64,000 nt of DNA from positions 160,001 through 224,000 of the forward strand of contig JBMNIH010000009.1 in NCBI GenBank assembly GCA_050950825.1, written 5' to 3'. A model generated the notes under the pieces. It was not told where the DNA came from and made no database searches. It saw nothing but the letters and a program-made list of their open reading frames with translations. The DNA is from Clostridia bacterium (GTDB lineage Bacteria; Bacillota; Clostridia; JAAYHZ01). The translations under genes were made by a program, and so were the position numbers. Shown here piece by piece: positions 1-10,900 of the stretch (within the stretch, counting starts at the first letter, position 1; every line of letters begins with the position of its first letter).

Positions 1-998
1 TAGCCAAAGACACCGAAATCGCCGTGGCCATGAAGGAGGAGGTTCTTTCTTTGTTTGACCAAAGACAGACAAAAGCCAAAGAGCTTTTTAAAATACGGTC
101 CCAAACGATTGCGGAAAAAGAAGGCCTACAGGTGGCTGCGGTATCCGGTATAACCACCGATTTGAAGCAAGAGTTGAGCAAGCTGATGGAGCTAAGCGCC
201 AAAAACAAAACCATAGGGACGGAAGAGATTTTATCCAATATCCAAGATATGATTACGGATCGCTATATCGCTTCCTCCGCAGCGGTTTCGATGACTCCCC
301 AAGAAAAGCTTTTGCAGGACCAAATTTCTGTTTTGGACTCGGCCATTGCCGATAATCGAAAGGTCGTGTATGCAAGCCAAAGCGGTATCGTGTCTTACAA
401 AATCGACGAAATGGAGCAATTTTTAAGGTTTGAAGATTATTCTACCGTTTCTCTGAAGCAAATCGATGCTCTGCGGAGAGAATATGAAAAATCGTCGAAG
501 GCGGAACCCTTTACCGTTTCAAAGAACCGGCCTTTTGTCAAGGTATTGACCGATTTCCGCTATCGAATATTGGCCGAAACGGACCCGGAAACCATCAAAA
601 GATTAAAGGAAGCCACCGTATTGCAGATACGGATTTTAAACAAAGGCATTACGGTAAACGCCGTTATGGAGTATACCGGCACGGACCCTGACGGACGAAG
701 CTTTGCGGTATTTTATTCGGATGAAAAGCATGAAGTACTGTCCGACCAGCGTTTCTTGAACATCGAGATTATTTGCGATGCCTACAGCGGATTCAAAGTT
801 CCTCTTACGGCTTTATTTGATGTGGAGGAGAACAAGGCAAAAATCATTATCGTGGAAAACAGTTTTGCATCTTTTAAAGATGTGGAAATCATAGCAAAAA
901 ATCATGAATATGCAATTATTAAAAGCAGTGACGTCAACCTTTACGATATATTTGCACTGGATCCGAAGAACATAAAGGAAGGACAGGTGTTGAATTGA
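1..998 (+). CDS. HlyD-like/membrane-fusion-type coiled-coil protein, 5'-partial
   Basis: Frame is open from the window edge. C-terminal 'GFKVPLTAL...KEGQVLN' pattern and position just upstream of yggS are typical of this clostridial family. Confidence 0.55.
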   Translation, partial: AKDTEIAVAMKEEVLSLFDQRQTKAKELFKIRSQTIAEKEGLQVAAVSGITTDLKQELSKLMELSAKNKTIGTEEILSNIQDMITDRYIASSAAVSMTPQEKLLQDQISVLDSAIADNRKVVYASQSGIVSYKIDEMEQFLRFEDYSTVSLKQIDALRREYEKSSKAEPFTVSKNRPFVKVLTDFRYRILAETDPETIKRLKEATVLQIRILNKGITVNAVMEYTGTDPDGRSFAVFYSDEKHEVLSDQRFLNIEIICDAYSGFKVPLTALFDVEENKAKIIIVENSFASFKDVEIIAKNHEYAIIKSSDVNLYDIFALDPKNIKEGQVLN

Positions 999-1002
999 AC
1001 CT

Positions 1003-1695
1003 ATGGATATACGGAAGAACATTGAAATCGTGAAATACAAAGTCGCCGAATCCGCCGAGAAAGCCGGTAAAAAACCGGAGGAAATACGGATTGTTGCCGT
1101 GGGAAAAACATTTCCCGCAGAGATACTCTTGGAAGCAAAAGAAGGCGGATTGCGTGAATTCGGAGAAAACAAGGTTCAAGAGCTTGTTGAAAAAATGAAT
1201 GCGTTAGGCAAGGAAGTCTCTTGGCATATGATCGGGCATTTACAGAAGAATAAAGCAAAATACATCGTAGGCGCCGTAGATTTAATCCATTCTTTGGATT
1301 CGTTTGATTTGGCTTTGCAGATTGACAAAACGGCCGAAAAATGCGGTTGTATCCAAGACGTACTGGTTCAGGTTAACATATCCGGCGAAGAAACAAAATT
1401 CGGTCTGCGTCCCGAGGATGTTCTCAATTTTATAAAGGAAGTTTCGATGTTAGAAAGAATACGAGTGAGGGGTCTTATGACCATCGGTCCGAATACCGAT
1501 GACAAGAACCTTATAAGGGAAAGTTTCAGAAGAATGCATTCGTTATATATTGACATGAAAGATAAAAAACTTGATAATATTAACATGGATATTTTGTCTA
1601 TGGGCATGAGTAAAGATTTTGAAATTGCCATACAAGAGGGGGCGAATATGGTTCGCATAGGTAGCGCCATATTTGGGAATCGAATGTACAGGTAA
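1003..1695 (+). CDS. yggS: PLP homeostasis protein YggS/YlmE
   Basis: VAVGKT, FGENKVQE, WHMIGHLQKNK, LSMGMSKDF, VRIGSAIFG motifs. Confidence 0.95.
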   Translation: MDIRKNIEIVKYKVAESAEKAGKKPEEIRIVAVGKTFPAEILLEAKEGGLREFGENKVQELVEKMNALGKEVSWHMIGHLQKNKAKYIVGAVDLIHSLDSFDLALQIDKTAEKCGCIQDVLVQVNISGEETKFGLRPEDVLNFIKEVSMLERIRVRGLMTIGPNTDDKNLIRESFRRMHSLYIDMKDKKLDNINMDILSMGMSKDFEIAIQEGANMVRIGSAIFGNRMYR

Positions 1696-1723
1696 AAAGC
1701 AAAAGAATTAAAAGGAGGAAACT

Positions 1724-2209
1724 ATGGGTAGCTTTTTAAACAAAATTTTGAGCGTCATCGGGTATGAGGATAAAGATGATTATTACGAAGAGGAAATCAT
1801 CGAAGAAGAAGTGGAGGACGTGACAAAAGACACGGAGGCTGCCGATAATCTTCAATTTGAACCGATCAAATATCCTACCAAGCAAAGGGGGAGCAAAGTC
1901 TTGAACGTACATACCAATATGCAGGTAAAGTTAATTGTGAAAAAGCCTCAAAGTTACGATGAAGCAACGGCCATTTGCGATTTTTTGAAGAACAAGCGAC
2001 CCGTTGTGGTCAATTTGGAGGATTTGCAAAGAGACGTGGCACAGAGAATTATCGATTTTCTAAGCGGAGCCACTTATTCTCTCGAAGGGAATATCCACAC
2101 GGTGACGAACAGCATTTTTATTATTGCTCCTAAAAACGTCGACGTAACGGGAGAAGACGATCAGCCTTACGAAACCGATAGAGAAGATACTTTTTCTTGG
2201 ATGAAATAA
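1724..2209 (+). CDS. sepF: Cell division protein SepF
   Basis: VVVNLE, AQRIIDFLSGATY, IFIIAPKNV; SD AGGAGG; follows yggS. Confidence 0.95.
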   Translation: MGSFLNKILSVIGYEDKDDYYEEEIIEEEVEDVTKDTEAADNLQFEPIKYPTKQRGSKVLNVHTNMQVKLIVKKPQSYDEATAICDFLKNKRPVVVNLEDLQRDVAQRIIDFLSGATYSLEGNIHTVTNSIFIIAPKNVDVTGEDDQPYETDREDTFSWMK

Positions 2210-2263
2210 ATGAAAATAAAATGAATAGAACAACATTATGCTTAGGATTATAGAAAGGATACT

Positions 2264-2533
2264 ATGCGATTATTATTAGCTGCAATAGACATACTGTTAC
2301 GGATTATTGAAATATTGATTATCATACGCATTATTTTATCATGGCTGCCGATGCAAAGAACCGGTCCGATCATGAATATTCTGTATCAGTTAACCGAACC
2401 GATATTAGGTCCTATTCGAAACCTCATTTCGAGATCATCCATAGGAAACAATATGATGCTGGACATTTCACCGATTATTGCATTTTTATTGATTAGCGTC
2501 ATACGAAATATCATATTCCGCCTTTTAATTTGA
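2264..2533 (+). CDS. yggT: YggT/YlmG membrane protein
   Basis: ILSWLP, LTEPILGPIR, LDISPIIA motifs; synteny with sepF. Confidence 0.92.
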   Translation: MRLLLAAIDILLRIIEILIIIRIILSWLPMQRTGPIMNILYQLTEPILGPIRNLISRSSIGNNMMLDISPIIAFLLISVIRNIIFRLLI

Positions 2534-2591
2534 TCGGATAGAAACGAAGTTTCAAAATACGCGATATATATTCGAATGCGGAGGATTCAAC

Positions 2592-3716
2592 ATGTCGATT
2601 AAGCCTATAAGAGAAAAATGGAAGGGTACGATGACCGACAGGGAACGCTTTAATGCCCAAATGCATTACAAGCCTTTTGATCGTTGCTTTAACATGGAGT
2701 TCGGATATTGGAACGAAAACTTTACTACGTGGGATATTTTTATCCGGAACAACATCAAAAATAACGCGGAAGCGGATATCTTTTTTAATTTTGATATCAT
2801 AAAAACCGTCGGCGGTGTAGACGAACTGAAACCTCCCTTTGAGGATAAAATTATCGGCGAAGCCAACGGAAAACTCATCATGCAAAACAGCGACGGGTTG
2901 ATCGCGGAAGTACCGAAGGACCGTCACGACACCATTCCTCATTATATTAAATCTTCCATCAACGGACCCGACGATTGGAAAAGAGTCAAAGAAGAAAGAA
3001 TGCGGATTGACGATCCCGCTCGAATCGTAAACATCGAAAGATTAAAAAAGCTTCATCCCGAAGACCGAGACTATCCGTTAGGAGTACACTGCGGTTCCAT
3101 GATCGGAAAAATCCGCGACATGCTGACCTTTGAAGGCTTGGCTTACGCTATTTATGATTATCCGGACATGGTAGAAGACATGGTGGAAACCCGCTGCCTG
3201 TTGGTAGAGCGTTTTTTGGATCAAGTACTTCCTCATTTCCAATTTGATTTTGCTTGCGGCTGGGAAGACATTTGCTTCAACCACGGTCCCATTGTAACGG
3301 TAGACTTTTTTAAGAACGTGGTCATGCCTCGTTACAAAAGAATATCTAAAAAATTAAAGCAATACGGAATCGATCTTTGGTACACCGACTGCGACGGTGA
3401 CGTTCGTCCTTTGCTTCCGTACTTTTTGGAAGGAGGCATTAACTGCCTGTTTCCTTTTGAAGTCAACAGCTGCGCCCATCCCGGCGAATTGCTGGACGAA
3501 TACGGAAAAGAACTGAGAATCATGGGCGGAGTAGACAAAATGGCCCTCGGCGCAGGTAAGGAAGCTATTAAGAAATATTTGGATAGCTTGGTTCCCTATG
3601 TTGAAAGAGGCGGCTATATTCCGTTTTGCGACCATCGTTGCCCTCCCAACGTAAAACCGGAGGATTACCTGTATTATTTGGACTTAAAAGAGGAAATGTT
3701 CGGATTAAAACCGTAA
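2592..3716 (+). CDS. Uroporphyrinogen decarboxylase-family (MtaA/CmuA-like methyltransferase superfamily) protein
   Basis: MTDRER start, WEDICF, DCDGDV, GGVDK, GGYIPFCDH motifs. Confidence 0.8.
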   Translation: MSIKPIREKWKGTMTDRERFNAQMHYKPFDRCFNMEFGYWNENFTTWDIFIRNNIKNNAEADIFFNFDIIKTVGGVDELKPPFEDKIIGEANGKLIMQNSDGLIAEVPKDRHDTIPHYIKSSINGPDDWKRVKEERMRIDDPARIVNIERLKKLHPEDRDYPLGVHCGSMIGKIRDMLTFEGLAYAIYDYPDMVEDMVETRCLLVERFLDQVLPHFQFDFACGWEDICFNHGPIVTVDFFKNVVMPRYKRISKKLKQYGIDLWYTDCDGDVRPLLPYFLEGGINCLFPFEVNSCAHPGELLDEYGKELRIMGGVDKMALGAGKEAIKKYLDSLVPYVERGGYIPFCDHRCPPNVKPEDYLYYLDLKEEMFGLKP

Positions 3717-3760
3717 GAGAACGGATATAACCTTTTCAAAAGGATAGAGAAAGGACTTTT

Positions 3761-4726
3761 ATGCTGTCAAGAGAACGAGTAATTGCGGTTATAGAGGGAA
3801 AAACCCCGGATAAAATACCGATTTACGGTTGGCTGAAGGAAAACCTAAAGGACGTTATTTCGGCAAAATACGGTAGCGTAGAAGCATTTGAAGATAAGTA
3901 CGAGTTTGACTTTGCTCATATATTCGGCGGACCTGGCTGTTATAACAAGGATCGGTTTGCCGCTTTAATAGAATCCTGTAACGGAGAAATCACTCCCGAA
4001 GACTTGTTATCGATCGATATGGCCGATGTTAATGACATGTCGAAATATGAGAATATCAAAAAATCCCTGGAGCATCATAAGATACAAAGAGGGCGATTTA
4101 CTTATGTTCAAACTCCCGGTATATTCGAAGCGAACAATACGTATTTCGGTATTCAAAACCATCTGTTGTATCTGGCGCTGTATCCGGAGGAATTAAAGCT
4201 TGTATACGAGCGGCAGGCAAAATGGAACCGCCAATTCGCTTTGAATTGTATTGACTTGGGAGTGGATATGGTTCATATTTCGGACGATTGGGGCGCTCAA
4301 AATTCGTTGCTTTTCAGTCCCGATGTCTGGCGGGAATTGATGTATCCGTACCATAAATTTACGATCGATGCCGTGAAAAAAACGGGAACCTACGTAAGCC
4401 TTCACAGCGACGGCAATATTATGCAAGTATTGGACGGCATCGTGGAATTGGGCTTTGATGTGATTCATCCTTACCAAGAGTCCGCCGGTATGAGCTACGA
4501 TGTTTATTTTGCGAAATATAAAGACTACTTCGCTCTTATGGGCGGCTTGGATGTGCAGACCGTTATCGGCTTCGGAAAGCTTGATCTTTTGAAAAGCAAT
4601 ATTGAAAGAATTATAAATTTGTTCAAAAAAGGGCACTTGCTGCTTTGCACGAGCCATTTCGTACAAGCCCACTGTACCCTTGAAGAGTTGGAATTTGCTT
4701 ACGATTTGATTTCGGAATTACGGTAA
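3761..4726 (+). CDS. Uroporphyrinogen decarboxylase-family protein
   Basis: SRERV, SDDWGAQ, HSDGNI, HPYQ, GGLDVQ motifs. Confidence 0.8.
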   Translation: MLSRERVIAVIEGKTPDKIPIYGWLKENLKDVISAKYGSVEAFEDKYEFDFAHIFGGPGCYNKDRFAALIESCNGEITPEDLLSIDMADVNDMSKYENIKKSLEHHKIQRGRFTYVQTPGIFEANNTYFGIQNHLLYLALYPEELKLVYERQAKWNRQFALNCIDLGVDMVHISDDWGAQNSLLFSPDVWRELMYPYHKFTIDAVKKTGTYVSLHSDGNIMQVLDGIVELGFDVIHPYQESAGMSYDVYFAKYKDYFALMGGLDVQTVIGFGKLDLLKSNIERIINLFKKGHLLLCTSHFVQAHCTLEELEFAYDLISELR

Positions 4727-4730
4727 AAAG

Positions 4731-5138
4731 CTATTTGACATTGATATTAAATTCCCTTTGTTGAATCGGTTTTTCCGATTCGTAAGCTTTTTCATATCTC
4801 ACGGATATAACCGTTTCGCCTTTGCCCATAGCGCGGAATATAAAGCGGTGCTGACCGGGAGTACCTTCTTTATCCGTTTCGCTAGGCGGGATGTATTCTT
4901 CACGAATGTATTGAACGACTTCACCGTTACTGTTTTGAAAACGCCATACGTATCCCGAGGAGGGAACCGTATCCAATTGGATCGTAAAAAAGGATCCGGA
5001 TTTGATCGTATGAGGCTTAAAAGCATCGTCGGCCTTTAAAACGATCTCGGGAGCATAAATGATTGAAAATACAAGAAAGCACCCGACGAAAACGATAAGT
5101 ATTGTAAATATGATCATTGGCAGCGAACGGTTTTTCAT
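4731..5138 (-). CDS. Chagasin/I42-family protease inhibitor with N-terminal membrane anchor
   Basis: PSSGYVW (cf. NPTTGYxW), GTPG, F-x-F-R-A, Y-E-K-A-Y-E (cf. YxRPWE); hydrophobic N-terminus. Confidence 0.75.
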   Translation of the reverse strand: MKNRSLPMIIFTILIVFVGCFLVFSIIYAPEIVLKADDAFKPHTIKSGSFFTIQLDTVPSSGYVWRFQNSNGEVVQYIREEYIPPSETDKEGTPGQHRFIFRAMGKGETVISVRYEKAYESEKPIQQREFNINVK

Positions 5139-5275
5139 AACGAAAGATTCTCCTTTTTTTCATTAACTATAACTATCGTATTGATTATAGCAAATACTCG
5201 GACGAATTTAAACTAACAACTGTAACCGGTTGTGCTATAATAGCATATGAATTTATTTTCAAGCAGGTGAAAAAT

Positions 5276-6403
5276 ATGAAATACAGAAAATTTGGAAACA
5301 CCGGAGTGAATATATCGGCATTAGGTTTCGGATGCATGCGTTTACCCATGTTGGATACGGATAACGGACAAATTGTGGACGAAGAAAAATCCGTTCAAAT
5401 CATTCGCCAAGCCATTGACCGAGGTGTCAACTATTTCGACACGGCTTACGGTTACTGCGGAGGAAAAAGCGAAGAGACATTAGGAAAAGCGTTGAAGGAC
5501 GGATATCGAGACAAGGTATACGTATCCACCAAAATGCCTACCTTTCACGTAAAAGAAAAAAGCGACTTTCGAAGGTTTTTAGAAGAGCAATTGCGAAGAT
5601 TGGATGTAGGTGCCATTGATTTTTATCATTTTCATGCCCTTAACGACAAGCTATGGGAAGACGTGGTTTTAAAATTTGATATGCTTGACGACGCCCTTAA
5701 AGCGAAAGAAGAGGGTTTAATTAAGCATATATCTTTTTCATTCCACGATAAACCGGAGATTATGATGAAAATCATCGATTCCGGCGTTTTTGAATCGGTT
5801 TTATGCCAATACAATCTGTTGGACAGAAGCAACGAAGAAGCTATTGCCTATGCCAATCAAAAAGGCTTAGGTGTGGTTATCATGGGACCGGTAGCCGGCG
5901 GAAGATTGGTTGCACCTTCCGATGTATTTAAAAAGCTTTTCGGTCGTGATGCAGCGGGTACACCGGAATTGGCACTGCGCTTTGTGTTAGGCAACCCCCA
6001 TGTTTCCTGTGCTTTGTCCGGAATGAGCGATGAAAACATGGTGGAAGAAAACGCAAAAACCGCCGATGATTCTTCGCCGTTGACCAAGGATGAATTGGAT
6101 AGAATCGCAAAGGCCTTGGATGAAATCAAGAACTTAGCGAATTTGTACTGTACCGGCTGCGAATACTGTTTGCCTTGCCCGATGAATATCAACATTCCTC
6201 ATTTGTTCCGCATTATGAATTATCATAAGGTATACGGGATGACCGCTTATGCCCAAGAATTGTATATGAACATCGGAAAAAACGAAAGGGAAGGCTCGAG
6301 ACCGACGGAATGCTCGGAGTGCGGGTCCTGCGAAAGCAAATGTCCTCAAAATATCGAAATACGAAAACAGCTTAAAGAAATTATAGAGGTTTTAGGAGAA
6401 TAG
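5276..6403 (+). CDS. Aldo/keto reductase with C-terminal 4Fe-4S domain (copy 1)
   Basis: LGFGCMRLP, YFDTAYGY, STK, CTGCEYCLPC and CSECGSCESKCP; ATG 5276 follows SD AGGTG. Confidence 0.92.
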   Translation: MKYRKFGNTGVNISALGFGCMRLPMLDTDNGQIVDEEKSVQIIRQAIDRGVNYFDTAYGYCGGKSEETLGKALKDGYRDKVYVSTKMPTFHVKEKSDFRRFLEEQLRRLDVGAIDFYHFHALNDKLWEDVVLKFDMLDDALKAKEEGLIKHISFSFHDKPEIMMKIIDSGVFESVLCQYNLLDRSNEEAIAYANQKGLGVVIMGPVAGGRLVAPSDVFKKLFGRDAAGTPELALRFVLGNPHVSCALSGMSDENMVEENAKTADDSSPLTKDELDRIAKALDEIKNLANLYCTGCEYCLPCPMNINIPHLFRIMNYHKVYGMTAYAQELYMNIGKNEREGSRPTECSECGSCESKCPQNIEIRKQLKEIIEVLGE

Positions 6404-6479
6404 ACGGTCCGTTTTGATCCGAGAAGGGTTATGGTATAATCATTTTAACGGAATAATGACGTAAAGGTAGGGTGTAGAT

Positions 6480-7604
6480 ATGAAGTACAGAAAATTCGGA
6501 AACACGGGAGTCATGGTATCGGCATTAGGCTTCGGATGCATGCGACTGCCTATGATCGAAACGGATAACGGGAAAGTAGTTAACGAAGAATTGTCTGTAA
6601 AAATTATTCGCCAAGCTATCGACCAAGGCGTCAACTACTTTGACAGCGCTTACGGTTACTGCGGCGGAAAGAGCGAAGAAACATTAGGAAAAGCCTTGAA
6701 AGACGGATACAGGGAAAAAGTGTATGTATCCACCAAGGTACCTACTTCTCGGATTAAGGAAAAAGGCGACTACAGAAGGTTCCTGGAAGAACAGCTTCGG
6801 AGGTTGGATGCAGGCCCCATCGATTTTTATCATTTTCATTATTTAACCGACAACGTATGGAACGATATCGTTTTAAAGTATGATTTGTTGAAGGAAGCGA
6901 TAAAAGCAAAAGAAGAAGGCTTAATCAAGCATATTTCCTTTTCATTTCACGATAAACCGGAAGTGATGATGAAAATCATCGACACGGGAGTGTTTGAATC
7001 CGTACTCTGCCAGTACAATTTGCTGGACCGTGCAAACGAGGAAGCCATTGCTTACGCTAACCGTAAAGGGTTAGGCGTGGTGATTATGGGTCCGGTAGGA
7101 GGGGGCAGGCTGGTGGCACCTTCCGAAGTATTTAAAAAAATATTCGGTAAGGAATCGGCAAGTACGCCGGAATTGGCATTGCGTTTTGTTTTAGGCAATC
7201 CAAACGTATCTTGTGCGTTATCCGGTATGAGCGATGAAAAAATGGTTGCCGAAAACATCAAAACCGCCGATGATTCTTCTCCTTTAAGCGAAGAAGAGTT
7301 GGCTAGAGTTGCAAACGCTTTGGATGAAATCAAGAGCTTAGCGGACTTGTACTGCACCGGCTGTGAATACTGTCTGCCGTGCTCGCAAGGAATAAACATT
7401 CCTCACCTGTTTCGAATCATGAATTATCATAAGGTATACGGATTGACTTCCTTTGCAAAAGGGCTTTACGGTCGGGTAGGAACAAGTGAAAAGGAAGGGA
7501 AAAAGGCGTCGGAGTGCGTGGAATGCGGAGCTTGTGAAACCAAATGTCCTCAAAACATTGAGATTCGTAAGCAATTAAAAGACGTGGTTTCCGTTTTTGA
7601 ATAA
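6480..7604 (+). CDS. Aldo/keto reductase with C-terminal 4Fe-4S domain (copy 2)
   Basis: Same motifs; colinear and closely similar to 5276-6403. Confidence 0.92.
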   Translation: MKYRKFGNTGVMVSALGFGCMRLPMIETDNGKVVNEELSVKIIRQAIDQGVNYFDSAYGYCGGKSEETLGKALKDGYREKVYVSTKVPTSRIKEKGDYRRFLEEQLRRLDAGPIDFYHFHYLTDNVWNDIVLKYDLLKEAIKAKEEGLIKHISFSFHDKPEVMMKIIDTGVFESVLCQYNLLDRANEEAIAYANRKGLGVVIMGPVGGGRLVAPSEVFKKIFGKESASTPELALRFVLGNPNVSCALSGMSDEKMVAENIKTADDSSPLSEEELARVANALDEIKSLADLYCTGCEYCLPCSQGINIPHLFRIMNYHKVYGLTSFAKGLYGRVGTSEKEGKKASECVECGACETKCPQNIEIRKQLKDVVSVFE

Positions 7605-7637
7605 GAAAGAGAAATAAAGGTATGATTTTCTTTGTTA

Positions 7638-7666
7638 TTGACAAAGATATGATATGATTGTATAAT
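7638..7666 (+). promoter_or_regulatory. Sigma-A promoter of ileS leader
   Basis: TTGACA (7638-43), 17 bp, TATAAT (7661-66): perfect consensus. Confidence 0.85.
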
Positions 7667-7691
7667 TTGAAAAATATTAAATGTTAACAAT

Positions 7692-7918
7692 CGATGAACG
7701 GAACGAGTACGTCGGACGGGTTTTCACAGAGAGTAACCGTAAGGTGAGAGGGTTATAAAACAGCCGACGGAAAATCATCCGGGAGATTTCTTTTCGAAAT
7801 ACAGTAGAAAAGAACGGTCTAACACCGTTATCATTGCCAAAGAGATTTTTGTAAAAAAATAAATTGGGTGGTACCGCGGAAGTTATGCCTTTCGTCCCTT
7901 TGGGACGAAAGGTTTTTT
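7692..7918 (+). ncRNA. T-box riboswitch (Ile-specific)
   Basis: AGAGAG and GGTGAGA stem I motifs, ATC specifier at 7774-76, T-box AATTGGGTGGTACCGCG, terminator CCTTTCGTCCC-TTT-GGGACGAAAGG-T6; precedes ileS. Confidence 0.93.
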
Positions 7919-7995
7919 AAAGTTCATTTATATTATAGAAGATCAACCGGTGATAAACGGAATAAAAAACAGGGAACATATACGGAGGTTTTATT

Positions 7996-10900
7996 ATGTA
8001 CAAAAAGGTAGACAAAGAACTGAACTTTGTCGACAGAGAATTAAAAGTATTGGAGTTTTGGAAGCAAAACGATATTTTCAAAAAAAGCATGAATATGAAT
8101 GAAGGCGGCCCCATATTCACTTTCTATGACGGTCCTCCTACCGCCAACGGAAAACCGCATATCGGGCATATTTTAACTCGTTCCATAAAAGACATTATAC
8201 CCCGCTATAAAACCATGAAAGGCTACCATGTATTGAGAAAAGCCGGCTGGGATACCCACGGTCTGCCTGTAGAGCTGGAAGTGGAAAAGGAACTCGGAAT
8301 CGACGGTAAACAGGATATTGAAAAGTTCGGAGTGGAAGCCTTCGTAAAAAGATGTAAAGAAAGCGTATGGAAATACAGTAACGAGTGGGAAAAGATGAGC
8401 GACCGTGTAGGCTTTTGGGCCGATATGGAAAACCCGTACGTAACCTATCATAACGAATATATCGAATCGGTATGGTGGTCATTGAAAACCATTTGGGAAA
8501 AAGGCTTGCTGTACAAAGGACATAAAATCATACCTTATTGTCCTCGCTGCGGAACCTCGTTGTCAAGCCACGAAGTTGCCCAAGGGTATAAAGACGTTAA
8601 AGAGCAGTCCATATACGTGAAGTTTAAAGTAAAAGGGGAAGACAATACCTACGTTTTGGCCTGGACCACAACCCCGTGGACTCTGCCTTCCAACGTGGCA
8701 TTAACGGTGAACCCCGTTGAAAACTATGCCAAAGTATCATGCAACGGCGAAACGTACATTATGGCGGAAGCTTTGTTAAAAGAGGTTTTAAAGGATCAAT
8801 ATACCGTACTTGAGATCAATAAGGGCCAAGATCTGGTCGGGTTGGAATACGAACCCTTGTTCGATTATGCCAAACCGGACAAAAAAGCGTATTACGTGGT
8901 TTCGGATTCTTATGTTCAGCTGACCGAAGGTACCGGCGTTGTACACTGTGCTCCGGCATTCGGTGAAGACGACTCCAGAGTCGGAAAAATATATGACTTG
9001 CCTTTTGTTCAATTGGTCAACGAAAGAGGCTGTTTTGTCGACAGCGTAAACGATTTTGCGGGTGCATTCGTAAAGGACGCGGATCCTGAAATTATTAAAA
9101 ATCTGGATGCTCGCGGATTGCTGTTCAAAGCGTTGGAATACGAACACTCGTATCCTTTCTGCTGGCGTTGCGACACCTCTTTGATCTACTATGCACAAGA
9201 TACCTGGTTCATTAAAATGACCGCCATCAAAGATATGTTGGTAGAGAACAACCGCAAGATCAATTGGTATCCTCCCAGCATCGGCGAAAACCGCTTCGGC
9301 AACTTCTTGGAAAACGTGGTGGATTGGGGATTAAGCCGTACAAGATATTGGGGAACCCCGCTGCCGATTTGGGAATGTGCTTGCGGACATCGAGAATGCA
9401 TAGGCAGTATCGAAGAATTGATTCAAAAAGGTATCGACGTACCGAAGGATATCGAGCTGCATAAGCCGTATATTGATGCGGTCTTCTTGCGCTGCGAAAA
9501 GTGCGGCGGCAAGATGAAGCGTGTTACCGAGGTCATCGACTGCTGGTACGATTCCGGATCCATGCCCTTTGCGCAATGGCATTATCCTTTTGAAAACAAA
9601 GAGCTTTTCGAGCAGAATTTCCCGGCGGACTTTATCAGTGAAGCTTTGGACCAAACCCGCGGTTGGTTCTATACTTTGCATGCCATTTCCAACCTGCTGT
9701 TTGAACAGCCGGCGTATAAAAACTGTATCGTGTTAGGGTTGGTGCAAGATAAAGACGGACAAAAAATGAGCAAGCACAAAGGAAACGTGGTGGATCCTTG
9801 GACCGTTTTGAATAAACAAGGAGCCGATGCGATCCGTTGGTATTTCTATTCCACAAGCGCTCCTTGGCTGCCTAGCCGTTTCTACGACCAAGCGGTCAGC
9901 GAAGGCCAGCGCAAGTTCATGGGAACCCTTTGGAATACCTACGTATTCTATATTATGTATGCCGACATCGACAACTTTAACCCCAACGATTACAAATTGG
10001 AATACGACAAACTGTCTTCCATGGACCGTTGGTTGCTGTCGAAATGCAACTCTTTAATCAAGTATGTTGACGAATCCTTGGCGTCCTACAAAATCACCGA
10101 GTCGGCTCGGGCATTGCAGAGCTTTACGGACGAATTGAGCAACTGGTACGTAAGAAGAAGCAGAGAAATATTCTGGCAAGAAGGAATGCCTCAGGACAAG
10201 ATCAGTGCCTATATGACCTTGTATACGGTTTTGGATGCCCTGACAAAATTGTCCGCACCCTTTACGCCTTTCATGGCGGAAGAAATGTATCAAAATCTGG
10301 TACGTTCGGTGAGCCCCGATGCTCCGGAATCGGTACATCTGTGCTCTTACCCTGAGTACAATCCGGATTGGATCGATAAAGAGCTTGAAGAAAAAATGGA
10401 TTCGGTATTGGATGTCGTAACCTTAGGAAGAGCCTGCCGAAATACGGCCAATATTAAGAACAGGCAGCCTTTGAGTCATTTGTATATCAAGAGCGACCGC
10501 GTTCCTGAAGACGAGTTTTTGGATATCATCAAAAACGAGTTGAACGTGAAGAATGTATCCGTCATTGACGATGAAGAGGCGTTTATAACCTACTCCTTTA
10601 AGCCGCAGCTGAAAACGGTAGGACCGAAATACGGAAAACTGCTTCCTCGTATCAACGAATACTTAAAGAACGCCGACGGAAGCCTTTTAATGAAAGAACT
10701 GAAAGCCAACGGAATTATTACCTTCGAAGCGAACGGCCAAACGGTCCGGTTGGCGGAAGAAGATTTGTTGTATGAAACGGCAAGAAAAGAAGGCTTTGTA
10801 TCCGACCGAAGTGAAAATACCGTTGTTGTCCTCAATACGCAGTTGACTCGGGAATTGATCGATGAAGGCTACTTAAGAGAGCTTTTGAGCAAGATTCAAA

